DNA from: Octopus vulgaris
Lineage: Eukaryota
Reading direction: 5' to 3'
Length of the DNA: 64,000 nt
Assembly (NCBI GenBank): GCA_951406725.2
Contig: OX597827.1
Span: 54,498,001-54,562,000, forward strand
Shown: in pieces, positions 13,524 to 27,614 of the stretch
Position numbering within the stretch: position 1 is the stretch's first letter
How the letters are laid out: each line of letters begins with the position of its first letter
Position numbers and translations under genes: made by a program
Notes under the pieces: generated by a model
Told to the model about the DNA's origin: nothing
What the model saw: only the letters and a program-made list of their open reading frames with translations
Database searches by the model: none

Positions 13524-14344
13524 TCACACATCTAGGCATGACTGTGTGGTAAGAAGTTTGCTTTTCAGTCACATAGTTCCATGTTCAGTCCATGTTATAT
13601 CCTAATGGATAAACAAATACACTGCAATAGTGTAATAACAATATAACTGAAACAAATGGCAGTAGCCACATGGAACATAACAACGATCTTTTATGAACCA
13701 ACTCTTCAACACGCTCACGTGTACTGTAAACTTTGAACTCCAGCTTTGAACTATCAACACACAAACTGTTGAACGAGCATGATGATTTTATTACAACCAG
13801 AAGGGTTAAACAAAGAGGGGACAATATAAGGGACAAATGGGGTTGGGGACTTATCGAATGATATGAGTAAATATATAATTATGAATGAAGGTGAAACAAA
13901 AATATGAATGGACGCAGAATGGGTTTGACCCCACCAACCACAGTCCTGCTTTGCACCATTTATTTTGTCCTTTATTTCTTAAAACCCACTTCATTTGGCA
14001 CTTATATACCCGACATTCGAGCTACTTTCTTCTATCCTCTTTCGTACTTTTTTACCATCAGGCATTTCTTCTCCAGACATGCTTTCCCTCTTACGTGATA
14101 TAAAAAGAGGTTCACTAAAGCATGCCCGGAGACTAAGGTGTCTGATGCGATACCTCTTTCATGTGTCTCCCATATCATCTCCTTTGCAGTACTACTTAAG
14201 AAGAGTGGTCCCGGTGCGTGTACTCGCGCATCTGCGCTAGCTAGTCATGTTTAGTTGATCCTTACTTTGTGTTTTTGTGCTTTATTTACTGTTTTAAAGA
14301 AAAAAATTTTGGGGTTTTATTTACTTTGCTAGGTAGTCGTTGTA

Positions 14345-14418
<74 letters not shown>

Positions 14419-14528
14419 GTATGTATACATATATATTTATATTTCTTTTTTCGTCTGCCATAAGGCATTATTTTTCAAATACGCCAGCTAAGTTGAACTG
14501 TCTAAAGTCGAAAGACACCTGTTGTTTT

Positions 14529-14571
<43 letters not shown>

Positions 14572-14806
14572 GTGTGTGTGTGTATATGTTTGTGTCTGTG
14601 TTTGTCCCCCACCCACCATCGCTTGACAACCGATGCTGGTGTGTTTACATCCCTGTAACTTAGCGGTTCACAAAAGAAGACCGATAGAATAAGTACTAGG
14701 CATACAAAGAATAAGTCGTGGGGTCGATTTGCTCAACTAAAGGTGGTGCTCCAGCATGGCCGCAGTCAAATGACTGAAACAAGTAAAAGAGTAAAAGAGT
14801 TTATTG

Positions 14807-15004
14807 TATAACAAAACAAAAAGTTGGAAAATTTATTGGTATTATTTATTTACCATTACACATGTTTCATTTACTAATAGGAATTACGGAGTTTTACATG
14901 TCTCTCTAACATATAAAACTCAGTAAATCCTATTAGCAAGTGAAACATGTGTAAAAGTGAATAAATAATGCCAATGAATTTTTCAACTTCCTGTTTTGTT
15001 ATAT
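14807..15004. repeat. Imperfect long palindrome (~95-bp arms, 7-nt loop)
   Basis: tataacaaaac...acatgt ctctcta acatat...gttttgttata. Confidence 0.85.
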
Positions 15005-15075
15005 ATATATATATACCATCGGTAAATACTAAAGAAGTGCACTCTAAGTTATAGAGCAGTAGAGTATATAAATAA

Positions 15076-15302
15076 AGATAGATATGGCTGGTCTATGAGG
15101 TTACCCTGGGTTTCACATTCATAAAGCACTTTGCTTTAGAACGTTTCTTCAGACCCTAGATCTATGGTCTCTCTAGCAAGTGGTGTCTCTAAAAAATGGA
15201 AGAGGAATAGACCTCATTACTCTGTGTCAACAACAGGGGGAAATGCTGTAAAGCTAAGTGCTTTATAGATGAGAAACTTGGGGTAACATCATAGACTGGC
15301 CA

Positions 15303-15311
<9 letters not shown>
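15076..15311. repeat. Inverted repeat (~60-bp arms, ~110-bp spacer), MITE-like
   Basis: agatagatatggctggtctatga...aaagcactttgcttta versus taaagctaagtgcttt...tcatagactggccatatctatct. Confidence 0.8.
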
Positions 15312-15381
<70 letters not shown>

Positions 15382-16653
15382 GTGTATATGTATCTATGTA
15401 TATTTACATGTATGTATGTAATGTATATGTAATTCACATCTACTACCAACTCACTGCCAACACGAGTAAATCGTGTCTCACAACATCACTATTTGTAGCT
15501 AAGTGGGCTGAACTAATGAAACTTCTGTTTCTTTAAGAGAGACAGTATAACGATTGATGGGATGTGAACTGCAAGCCATTCATCTTGTAGACCAATCCTT
15601 CAACCATTCAACAGAATCTACTGTGGCTAATATGAGCTGAGAAAACAAACATATCCTAGATTGATTATAAAAGAGAAAAAAAAAAGTGGTTATTTGACTG
15701 TCATAATGAAATAGCCAACTCTCCTTTTTGAAACTCATCTCCCAGCAGGAACAGATATTTTAACTTGTATGTACATTATTTATATTATGTTTCAAACAAT
15801 TGACAGAGAATAAACAACTTTAGACTGTTAATCTGAAATCATGATGAGATGCAAACACACCCTGTTTCTGGGAAAATGTCTTTTTGTAGAAATCTAGATA
15901 AGACATTCTTTTCAATGAGATTCACACTGAATATTTTTTTTTAAACTGCAAAGTCACAATTTGATCTCTATGTTAAAAACTTTAACCAGGACTTCCTGAT
16001 ATAAATATGTTACATTCTCTGTTTGTTTTAGTCTTTAAAATTTTTCAAAAAAATAAATAGATAAATAAAAATGAAAGGAATAAGAAATGGTGGGTGTCAT
16101 GCAATATAAAGGAAACAATGTTTCTCACTGATATTCTGATAACTCTGTCATCAAATTATTGAACAGCAAGAATGTCTTGTAAAATTTTATTGTCATAGTT
16201 ATAAATTGATTTAAAAGAACATATATTAGGTAGGTTTCTTTCTAAAAGAATCTGAGTTTTTCAAGAATACAACTTAAACACCTGACTACACAGCCATGTA
16301 TGCGAAAGATATAGACTCTAAAAAATAGAAAAATAAAACTTTTTTAACTTTGAAGGAAATCTAATATCAGCTAGAAGAAGGTTGGCTTCAACAATATGGC
16401 AGGTTTTATGCTTTCTGATCGAGAATTTTTTTTTTTTATGTATAGGCACCAGTGTCGTTGTGTGGTAAGGAGTTTTTGCTTCCCAACCACATCGTTCCAG
16501 ATTCAGTCCCAATGCATGATACCTTGGGCAAGTGCCTTCTACTATAGCCTTAGGCCAACCAGAGCACTGAGAGTGGATTTGGTAGATGGAAACTGAAAGA
16601 AACCTGTCAAATATGTGTGTGTGTATTTGTGTATATATATATGTATATATGTA

Positions 16654-16706
<53 letters not shown>

Positions 16707-16710
16707 AGAT

Positions 16711-16809
16711 AAGCCATCTGAATATGGCTAGGACAGGTGGGGGTGTTACTGTTGCATGCAACAGTAACACCCACCACCCTGCCTGTCCCTAGCCATATTC
16801 AGATGGCTT
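16711..16809. repeat. Palindrome with a perfect 32-bp loopless core
   Basis: gggtgttactgttgca|tgcaacagtaacaccc at 16741-16772; outer arms aagccatctgaatatggctagg / cctagccatattcagatggctt. Confidence 0.9.
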
Positions 16810-16867
16810 TAGTCCCTTATGTTATGGAGCAGTTACTGTCTATATCTCATTTAGAGAATTATTATTC

Positions 16868-16924
<57 letters not shown>

Positions 16925-17722
16925 GTGTGTATATATATATTTATATAAATGTATTCTTTTATTCTTTTATTTGTTTCAGTCATATGACTGCGGCTATGCT
17001 GGAGCACTGCCTTTATTCAGACAAATCAATCCCAGGACTTATTCCTTGTTAGCACTTATTCTATCGGTCACTTTTGACAAACTGCTAAGTTACATGGATG
17101 TAAATACACCGATATATACAGTAATCACTTTTGGTTAAAATGTCTTATAGATGTGTTTTGTTTCTCCTTTTTTCCTTGATGAGAAGATTGCATTGTTTTA
17201 CATCATTTTATTCCCTCAGGAATAATACCAATATTTTCTTCGAAACATATGTTGGAAGTATAAAGACTTGAATAATACCTGCGTTTAACTCCATTTATAT
17301 ATATATATATATATATCTTTATGTCTGTGTTTGTCTCTCATCACCACTTGTCAACAGGTGTTGGTGTGTTTATGTCCTTGTAATTTAGCAGTTCAGCAAA
17401 AGAGACCAATAGAATAAGTACCAGGCTTTAAAAAAATAAAATAGTGCTGGGGTTGATCCATTCAGCTAAAAGTTCTTGAAGATGGTGTTCCAGCATGGCC
17501 ACAGTCTAATGACTAAAACAAATAAAAGATAAAAGGTGCAGATATGGCTGTGTGGTTGAGAAATTCACTTCCTAACCATGTGATTTCAGGTTCAGTCCCA
17601 CTGTGTATTGTCTTGGACAAGCGTCTTCTGCAATAGACCTAGGCTGATCAAAGCCTTATGTGTAGGCCTGGTCTAGCAATTTGATACCTCTGTAAATACT
17701 TCTGTCTGAGACATTTCCTTTA

Positions 17723-18165
17723 CATCATCATCATCATCATTATCATCATCATCATCATCCTTAAATGTCTGTTTTCCATGCTGGCATGAGTTGGATGGTT
17801 TGACAGAAAATGACGAGCTGAAGAGCTGTTCAGGCTCCATGTCTGTTTCAGCACGGTTTCTACAGCTGGATACCCACTTTACAGGGAGTGCTGGGTGCTT
17901 TTATGCAACACCAGTATGGCAGGTGTTTTTTACATGGCACCGGCACTTACAAGCCCAAAAGATTAGGGATACTCAACTGGAAAGGGCTGCAAGGGTTGAG
18001 TCTGTATGCAGGGGCAACCACACTTGTACTTAGCTTGACATGTCTTTTCAAGCAGAGCAAACCACTAGGAATCTCGATCCCTTGTCATCCCCTCTGTGAG
18101 TCCCACTGTTTGTAGATCCTTTCTCACCACTTCATCCCACATCTTTCTAGGCTTATCCCTTCTGA
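17723..18165 (-). mobile_element. RTE-type LINE 3' fragment with (GAT)n tail
   Basis: ORF end DKPRKMWDEVVRKDLQTVGLTEGMTRDRD resembles the RTE C-terminal GRPRKTW motif. The 3' UTR is shared with 37110, 40155, 49265 and 53445. Confidence 0.75.
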
Positions 18166-18265
18166 TTATAATGCTGTTATACCCCTCAAAGGGCTTATCT
18201 TTCTGTACACCCTGATTAACTATACAGATGACTAGGACCATTTCCTGCTTCACCAGATATTATAA

Positions 18266-18448
18266 CCTGTTAACATTTAAACTGGTCATATCAGGCCCAG
18301 ATATTCTATCTGCTTTTATATTCAAACCACCCAGGTCTAGCCTCTCACACCATCAAAATTTTGAAGCTATGAAATAATGAATGCTTAATTCAAAGCAATG
18401 TGAATAAATAAACATTACATGTGACAGAGTAATCAGGATGTTAAAGGG
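18266..18448. mobile_element. piggyBac-like MITE (same family as 12384)
   Basis: Shared internal sequence (catatcaggccc...acattacat) and aaaggg|TTAA end. Confidence 0.7.
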
Positions 18449-18532
18449 TTAAGCGCTTCAGTGGTTATTCCTTAATTGCTTTATCTATCGTACTGATGTC
18501 AACTAGAATATCAGATCCTTCAGCCAGGTTTG

Positions 18533-18832
18533 TTTGTTCCTTCTTGAGCCATGCCTGGCTCATAAGGGCCGGTTTCCCGGTTTCCTTGGTGTATAGGTTC
18601 CCCACCTGGATGGGATGCCGGTCCATCGCAGCTGAGCTGCAAGATGCAGGAGGAAAGAGTGAGAGAAAATTGTGGTGAAAGAGTCAGCAGAAGTTCGCGA
18701 TTACCTTCTGCCGGAGCTGCGTGGAGCTTAGGTGTTTCACTCATAAACACACACATCGCTCGGTCTGAGATTTGAACCCACGATCCCTTGACTGCGAGTC
18801 TGCTGCTCTAACCACTAGGCCATATGCCTCCA
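18533..18832 (-). mobile_element. tRNA-derived SINE (family C, Deu/Nin-domain-like) with 12-bp TSD
   Basis: Head tggcctagtggttagagc...ggttcaaatc; gcgatggaccggcatcccatccagg domain; cagccaggtttg at 18521-18532 and 18833-18844. Confidence 0.8.
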
Positions 18833-19398
18833 CAGCCAGGTTTGCTTTGGAAGGCTCTCTTTCTCCCATGCATTCTCTACATTTAGTAGCCTTTCATAGT
18901 AGCATTTCTATCCTCTTTCTATTCAGAATCGCTAAACAGAAGTGAATCATTATCTCTTCACACTCGTTTCTCTCCTACAATATTATTTAATGTTTTTTTT
19001 TACTTTTTAAAAGTAGTATTGTGTAATTTGAGGGAGATTTTGGTTGCTATTTCATGAAGTTTGAATGGTTACATTGAGGGGTGCTGTGCTATTTCACTTG
19101 TTGAGGTATTTTCCCATGCTTTGTGTCTCCTTTCCTTAATACAACAGTTTACTCAACCAAACATAATATGGTAACATGATAATGCACCTGCTCATTCTTT
19201 TGAATTTGTTAAAATAAAAGTTTCTCAGAGAATCTAAAATTTTCTTTTGATTTGAACAGTCTCTAGTCTTGAAGTCTACTGAAACTTTGCAGTAGGACAT
19301 TAAGTTAAAACTGAATTCAAAATGCGTAAACCTTCCAGACAATTTAACAATTAACTTCATCTTTAGAGATAAAACATTTTTCAATACTTACGTTACAT

Positions 19399-19803
19399 AA
19401 GGCAGCGAAGCTGGCAGAATCATTAGCATGCTGGGCAAAATGCTTAACAGCACTTCATTCATCTTTACGCTCTGAGTTCAAACTCCACCAAGGCTGACTT
19501 TACCTTTCTTCCTTTTGGGGACAATAAAATAAGTACCAGTTGAGTACTGGGGCAGATGTTATCAATTTACCCCTTCCTCCGAAATTGCTGGCCTGGTGCC
19601 AAAATTTGAAATGAAATCAAAATGTTTAATAGCATTTCATCTGCCTTTATATTCTGTGTTCAAATTTCACCAAGGTCAGTTTCGCCTTTCATCCTTCTGG
19701 GATCTATGAAATAAGTACCAGTTGAGCATTGGGATCAATGTAAGCAATTATCCCCTCAGCCACGCCTGAAATTGCTGTCCCTGTGCCAAAATGGAAACCA
19801 ATA
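19399..19803 (+). mobile_element. Two tandem older SINE family B-like copies
   Basis: aaggcagcgaagctggcagaatc heads, Meta-like central block, ccaaaatttgaaa tails. Confidence 0.7.
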
Positions 19804-20918
19804 TTTACATTACATTCCAGCCATTCGATTTCTGGTCATCTAGTTCTCAGGTTCTCATCTATTTTTTGTCTACGGACCCCTCTGATTACTATTTTATTCT
19901 GGTGGACTCCCATAGCCATCTGATATTGAAAAACTAGTTTTATAGAAACTTCTTTCAAAATTTCTATTTTGTGTTTTTTAGACATTAACTTGTGTAGGTT
20001 ATGTAAAATGATAGAGAAAGAAACCAAACTGTTTCTTGCAAGACATAAAAGGGTAAACACCCACTTCAGTCATGAATGACCATGGGATTGCACCTAGAAA
20101 GTTACCCTCCAAAGCACAAGTCCAGGCAATGTTGATTATGGAAACCAGCAGTCACCCATGGATACCAGCTTCCCCTCTCCACATCATTGATGTTATCCGA
20201 TGTTATCCAAGGGAAAGGCAAAGGCTGATACAACTATCTATTGTGTAATTGAAAGGAAGTTTATATCATGTTACATCATGTTTATTCCCGTTTTTACTCT
20301 TGTGTATGCTATACTTCTTATCCCTACAATTAGTTTGGGGTTTGTATGAAGAACTTGCAGTATTGACCATGTTGTAAATACTGTCCAGGGGGTATGCACT
20401 ATGCTCAATGATAACAGAGCAATTAGTAATTATGGTACCAATACAGACAAAGACCATATCAGCAACAACACAAATAAAAATGAAAATAAAAATAAAAACA
20501 AAGGTTCTTCACTAGGTTAAGCTTACACCATACCACTCCCTACAACCTTAACACTTTCTCCACTAGCTATAAGGACCACCCACCTACTTCCATTCATGCT
20601 GTTGATATACTATTCATGGTATGCTATATTGAGGAAACTAACCATTCTACCTGTGGTGTACCCAGTATTATGCAATAGTGATAACAAAGATATCTAACCT
20701 AGAAGTAGCAGCCTGCACACCCATCCAGTTCTTTTCCAATTCTACTAGGTAAGTAATTCTAACACCAAGATATACTTATTTCTGTTTTGCTTGCTAAATA
20801 ATAGTTGGAACAAACTATCCGAACCTCTTACCTGAGACTATTGTCTGGAATTGCATTACATGATTCACATAATGGTGATTATACTATCTAATTAAATAAT
20901 ATCAATGCCACCTATATA

Positions 20919-22209
20919 CGAGGGACGTTCAATAAGTAATGCCTCTGACCCACTTGCAGTTGTTTGATCCAGCTGAAATTTTGCATGTGCAATCATTTAT
21001 ATCTCTATAGAGTAAGTGGCAAATTACAGCTCTGAATTAATTGTGGTTTCTGATTTACAGGTGTTTGAACCGAGTCAAGTGTGAAATGGAGCCTGTTGAG
21101 TGTCGAGCAGTGATCCGGTTTTTGTATTTGAAAGGACACATACCACGGGAGACTTTTGATGAAATGAAAGTAACTTATGGTGATGATGCCCCATCATATG
21201 ACTTTGTAAAACGCTGGCATCGTGAATTCAAACATGGTCGGAACTCTGTGGAAACAGCTCCCAGATCTGGTCGCCCCCTTCTGCCATTGATGAGGCATCT
21301 GTCCGTCAAGTTGAGGCTGCCATTTTGGAAGATCGACGCATAATTATTTGCCAAATAGCCCATGAGGTCAAGATTAGTACCGGGTCTGTGGAAACTATCA
21401 TTCATGACCATTTGCATATGCAAAAGGTGTCTGCCAGATGGATTCCCAGGTTGCTCACGCCTTTCCAGAAGCAAGAACACGTCGAGTGCTCGAGGGTGAA
21501 TTTGGAGATGTGCCAAGAAGATGAGTCAAAATTTTTCAAAAGACTGATTACACAGGATGAAACCTGGGTCCATCACGATGATCCAGAGACCAAATCCCAG
21601 TCAATGCAGTGGAAGCACCGTGACTCACCCCCTCCAAAGAAGGCAAGGGTGCAGCCCTCCGCTGGCAAGGTCATGCTCACAGTCTTCTGGGACCAGGACG
21701 GAGTAGTGATGACAGATTTCCTGGCAAAGGGTACCACAATTGCAGGAGCCTATTATGCTTCACTTCTGAGGAAATTAAGAGAAGTTATCAAAATCAAGAG
21801 GCGGCGCAAGATCAGCAAAGGCATCCTCCTCCTGCAGGACAACGCTCCGGTCCACAACTCGCTTGTCGCCAGATCAGAAGCACAGGCGTATGGCTATGAA
21901 CTCCTCACCATCCCCCCTACTTTCCTGACCTTGCACCCTCTGATTTTCACTTCTTCCCAATCATGAAGTTGTTTTTGAAAGGAAAGCGTTTCCCAGATGA
22001 TGCAGCCTTGATTTCTGAAGTTACGTTGAGGTTGGAGGACCAAGCTGGGTTCTTCTACAAAAACGGTCTCCAGAGCCGCATCAAACGATGGGAGAAATGC
22101 GTAACTCTGGGTGGTTGCTATGTAGAAAAAGACTAATAACTGTGCCAAGTTTCGTTACTCTACTGCTATGGGAAGTGGGTCAGGGGCATTACTTATTAAA
22201 CGCCCCTCG
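20919..22209 (+). mobile_element. Full-length mariner DNA transposon (1291 bp)
   Basis: ~37-bp TIRs: cgagggacgttcaataagtaatgcctctgacccactt versus the reverse complement of aagtgggtcaggggcattacttattaaacgcccctcg. TA on both sides (20917-18, 22210-11). Confidence 0.95.
21086..22136 (+). pseudogene. mariner DD34D-type transposase with two frameshifts (irritans-like)
   Basis: MEPVECRAVIRFL...RSGRP, frameshift, ARWIPRLL, ITQDETWVHH, LLQDNAPVH, frameshift, HPPYFPDLAPSDF...RWEKCVTLGGCYVEKD*. Confidence 0.93.
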
Positions 22210-23943
22210 TACATATATATGGGAGCACCAAATACTTTAAATGCTTAGAGCCTCTATGGATCTCTATCTGGTCCTAGTTTCAAGAATGACCTACAACTGT
22301 TCTACTAAAATAAGCCTATAGTTTTCACCTATATTACTTTTAAGTTTTACTTGTATCAGGCAGAATTTGTCTTATATTGATTTAACTAACAAACACCCTA
22401 TTAGTGTGTTAACACTTGGTGACCAGTCACTCATTAGTATGAACATTATTAATGCATAATTATTCAACTATTCAAGAGGAACCTTAAGGGTATTGACCTC
22501 AAAGTCTTAGAGAACACCAGAAAGCCATGAGCACAGTCTCTTCTTCCAGATCAAACCAATAAAAAAAATATTCCTTCCTTGCATATTTTCCAAACCAAAT
22601 TGTAAAGTATACATGAAGTATTGAAATATATTCCTATCAGGTCAATTTTTGTCTTTCCTGTTTTCTTTGAGAAGTGAAATAACTGGTCATTTATTTAGAT
22701 AGGCATCATTTTTATTGTATACCAGCTTATCAGTCTTGGACAATGTGCAATTTTACATGCTCCATTCTTTTTTCTATTTTTTATGCATCAAATTCAAAGC
22801 ACATATGTCATTTTTTTAAAAAAACTTTGGACTGAACGATAAGTTTTCATGTTTTTATTTATATTGTTTTTCATTTCATTTATGCCAAGCAGAATTTATC
22901 TGATGTTGGTTGATTTAACTGGTGCTCCATCAATATGTTTACACATGGTGGTCTGTTGATGATTTCTGTGAAGAGTAGCAAAACATAAGTTATATTAGGC
23001 TAAGAGCAATAAAAGTAAAGTTAATGTGTTACTTACAAAGGTATCCTTTCAACATTTTTATCATTTATTTTTGGTTTTCTTCATTGTTATTTTATCGATG
23101 TTAATAGATGTTCTTGGGGAGCCTTGGAGTAGTGATGTCTGTTGTTATTCAATAAGATACTACTTTTGTTGTTGTTGTTGTTGTTGCTGCTGCTGTTGTT
23201 GCTATAACTATAGTTACTAAGGTGGCAAAGTGGCAGAGTTATTAGAGAGCTAAATAGAATACCTTGTAGAATTCATTCCATTTTGCTGTGTTCTGTGTTC
23301 ATATCCTGTTAAGCTCAACTTGCCATTCATCCTTTTAGGGTCAATAAAAGTTGCCCCATTTCAAAACAATGGAAGAATTGTTTGACAGTCAGACAAGGTG
23401 CAATATCTGTTCCAGTTCTCTTTGTTCTGAAGGCAACACCTGTGACAAGACTAGTGCCAAACTGAATCAGCCTTGACTTACCCCTGAGTAACATCAATAA
23501 CATGGCAAGGAGAGATTTGCATGAAGAGTTAACTGTTGTAAATCTTGTCCAGCTGTGGACCATGCAGAGGATCTTCCCAAATAGAAATGAATCTATAAAG
23601 TCAAACCTAACTGATGAGGCCTTATCACTGCTATCAAAATTTATTTGTAGAATAAGGTGGCAAGCAGGTACAATTGTCAGAGCATCAGAAAAATGCTTTG
23701 CACTATTTGTTCCAGGTCTTTACATTCTGAGTTCAAATCCTGATGAGGTCAACTTTGCACTTCATTATTCCTGGGTCAATAAAATTAAGTGCCAATGAAA
23801 TACTGGGCTTGATGGTATGGACTAAACTCTCCTCTCAAAAACGTTGGCCCTATGGCCTAAATCCAAAACCATTATCAATCAAAAGAGTGGAATATATAGT
23901 AGAGTACAAGAAGAAATATTTTGCAAAATTTAGTAAGTTTCTT

Positions 23944-24395
23944 AAGGCAGCGAGCTGGCAGAATTGTTACTGTGCTGGGCAAAATACTTAGTGAAATTTT
24001 GTCCATCTTTATATTCATAGTTCAAACTCTGCCAAGGTTGACTTTGCCGTTCATCCTTTGGTGATCAATAGGATAAATACCAGTTGAGTACTGGAGTTGA
24101 TGTAATCAACTTATCCTATCCACCGAAATTGCTGGCCTTGTGCTAACATTGGAAATCAATATTCAATATGTTCCTTAAGGCAGCGAGAGGGCAGAATCAT
24201 TACTGTGCTGAGAAGACTGTTTAGTGGCATTTTGCTCATCTTTATGTTCTGAGTTCAAATTCCACCAAAGTCAACTTTGCCTCTCATCCTTTCACGGTCG
24301 ATAAAATAAGAACCAGTTGAGCATTGGGGTTGAAGCAGTTGACTAGCTACCTCCTCCAAAATTGCTGGCCGCCTCCCAAAATTTGAAACCAATAT
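23944..24395 (+). mobile_element. Tandem older SINE family B-like copies
   Basis: Two aaggcagcgag heads at ~23944 and ~24177, each with the Meta-like block. Confidence 0.7.
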
Positions 24396-25131
24396 TTAGT
24401 ATGTTCCATTATATTCAGAGGTCAAAGCACTCATTGGTTAACACCAGTTGAACTCTGAAGTAATATGGTATCAGAATGAGTAAATACAAGAATAAATATG
24501 TAATGGTATTTAGTCTAATACCTCTGAATTCTAGGTTCGAATACTATTGAGACTGATTTGCTTTTAATGCTTCTGAAGTTGATAATGTAAGGTACCATAA
24601 ATATACTCCTCTAAAGTCTGTGGTCTTCTAGAAATAATTGTTCCAGTCAATTTCACTTAAATGCATAGCCTCACGTCATCAAAATCTTGTGCAATTCATT
24701 ATAGTATCCCAATAACCAAAATTACTTATGAATTAATCGTAAGGTTTCAATATATTTTCGGCATTAAGGCAAATGTAACTATGTTATAAATGTATTGATT
24801 CTATAACAAAAGAAAATTAAAGCATTTTTTTTATTTACAGCATGTTGGTATTATTTTATTTTTAACAGGAATAAAAAGAATGACTGTGTGAAAAAAGAAA
24901 GAAATATTAATATTTCTTTCTTTAATGTACAAGAAAATTTTTTTACCAAACTGTGAGAAAGCCATTTTCATGTATATTTTTACTTGGATATTAGTTCACA
25001 TTATCATCATGGCTCTGTATCATGCATGGAGCACTCTGTTATTTATGAAGAAAATATATTCATGCTTACATACATACACATATATATACATATACATATA
25101 CATATATACATACATATACACATATATATAT

Positions 25132-25162
<31 letters not shown>

Positions 25163-26241
25163 CACAGATATACATATCTATATATGTATATATATATGTA
25201 TGTATTATGTATGTATACGCACACACACACACACACTCATTTTGGAAGGTATATTGGAAAATATCTGCATTAAGCTCCCAGGTGCTCATTGAACCCCTTT
25301 CTGTGTGTAGAGCAAAGTTTTCAAATGCTTGTGTATATGAAGCTGTATGCAGCAGTTTCCATGATTATCCTTTGTATATTTGCAATAAGAAATCTTTACC
25401 TTAGTTTCCTGAGAGGAACCAAAACAATTTATAAAACAACTGATTCCCCTGCAAGCCTTTGAAACCTTTCAACAACATCGAACAATTCCTCTTTCTCTTT
25501 TTCTGTGTTTCCCTGACAGTTTCTTTTCTTTTTGCTCTTCCTTTCCATTTTATCACCCGTCTCTCTGTTTTGATCCAAAACTTCCAATTATTTTCCCTAT
25601 TCTTCCAACTTTCTCTCAATGTTCTGTGTCTTTCCTTCCCAGTAATCTTCAATCTCATTGCATCTTTGCATTTCCAACTCTCTACATTTCTCCCTTTTTC
25701 ATTCTCTCCTTTTTTTTTATATTCCTCTTCTACTACTTCTTGCTTTTCTCACCCACAAGCTTATGCAAACCCAACTTGCCTCTATATAGAGATATAAATG
25801 TATGCCTATTTCCTTTCGTACATATTTATGGCATAAAAGTCACAGAGGTGATCGTTTGCCTCAGATTAAAGTCTTTCATCTTTCACTTGTTTTTCAGACT
25901 TTGGACTGCAGCCACGCTGGAATACCACCTTGAAAGGTTTAAGCTAACAAATCAATCTCTATACATATTTTTTGCTTTAAATCTGGTACTTTTGGCAAAC
26001 TGCTAAGTTATGTGGACATAAACAAACCAACACCTGTTGTCAAGAGACAGTGGAAGATTAATACAAATACAAAAATACACACAATTGTACACATATGTAC
26101 CTATACACACACATGCATTCACACACACATGCACACTTCACTTCATGCATTTATTTTAGTGCCTTTTTTTTTAATGAGGGATATTTATTTATTTAGATAG
26201 GATGAGTTATTATATATATATGTATATATATGTATACATAC

Positions 26242-26290
<49 letters not shown>

Positions 26291-26461
26291 TGAACCCGGA
26301 GTTTCTACAACACACAAATTTCTGCACATGAACCCAGAGTTTCTACCCTTGGACAGGTCGCTTCAATTATGTTTCTGATGTGAATTTGCTACCCAGGTTT
26401 CGGTTAAACGAATTTTCCATGCTGACGATAAACATAGGATAATTCATTCGCCTATTTATAC

Positions 26462-26494
<33 letters not shown>

Positions 26495-26569
26495 ATATAT
26501 ACATACATACGTACATATACATATATAAGAGATGGTGCACTTACACACACACACACACACACAAACACA

Positions 26570-26612
<43 letters not shown>

Positions 26613-27201
26613 CACTGAAGGAAAGTGGCAAGCTGGAGAAACTCATGTGATTCTTCTGATCATGAGTGACATAAGTGAAGTAGTTTCAGTTACTCACTTT
26701 CTATGGGATTTCCTGCCTCACAAGGGGAACTTGCTTGTGTATTATTGTCAAGCTATATATCCTGTCTGTGAAGGAAAGCAAGGCAGCTGGTTGGATGAAA
26801 TGCTGGACTGCTGTTTTATACAGTGATTCTCATCTTTTTTCCTTCTTTCATTTTTTTCTCTTGTCGTTTATCTGTTACTTGTTTCAATCACTGGACTACA
26901 GCCATGCTGGGAAACTGCTAGGAAGGATTTTAATAAAACGAATCAACCCCAGTTCTTATTGTTTGAAAGCACTCATTTTGTCAGTTTCTTTTGCTGAACA
27001 GCTAGATTATAGCGATATAAACAAGCTAACACCAGTTGTCAGTGGTGATAGGGAACAAATACATGGACAAAGACATAAAGGTACATACATACACATACAT
27101 ACATACATACATACATACATACACACATACACACATATGTGCATCTATATAAGTACATATATACACACACCTATCTTTGTCTTTTGTTTTTTGTAAATTT
27201 C

Positions 27202-27252
<51 letters not shown>

Positions 27253-27557
27253 ATATCTTTTATCATTTGCTTGTTTCAGTCATTTGACTGTAGCTACATT
27301 GTGCCCTACCTTGAAGGGTCATTTTAGTCAACAAATTAACCTCAGGAATATCTTTTTAAAGCTAGAACTTATTCTTTAGTCTCTTTTGTCCACTAAACCT
27401 TTTTTTATTTTCACACCCTGTTTATTTCTGTGTTCCTTTCTGTCAAAGAGCATAGGCTCCAAATGTAAAAGACTTTCTCATTTCCTGAACATTAAACTAA
27501 TACATCTGTTTGCTGTTTACACACCTGTCTTTGTCTTTTGTTTTTTTGTAAATTCTT

Positions 27558-27614
<57 letters not shown>

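Noticed and set aside
13594-14340. CpG-richer block with a tgttata...aatataa segment, possibly a solo LTR
   Set aside because: No clean TG..CA end or TSD could be identified.
18760-18832. tRNA-like sequence (also the other SINE heads)
   Set aside because: It continues into a SINE body flanked by a TSD, so it is not a standalone tRNA gene.
27440-27476. Hammerhead-like ctgtcaa-agagc-atag-gctc-caaa
   Set aside because: Both conserved core segments are mutated; at best a dead copy.
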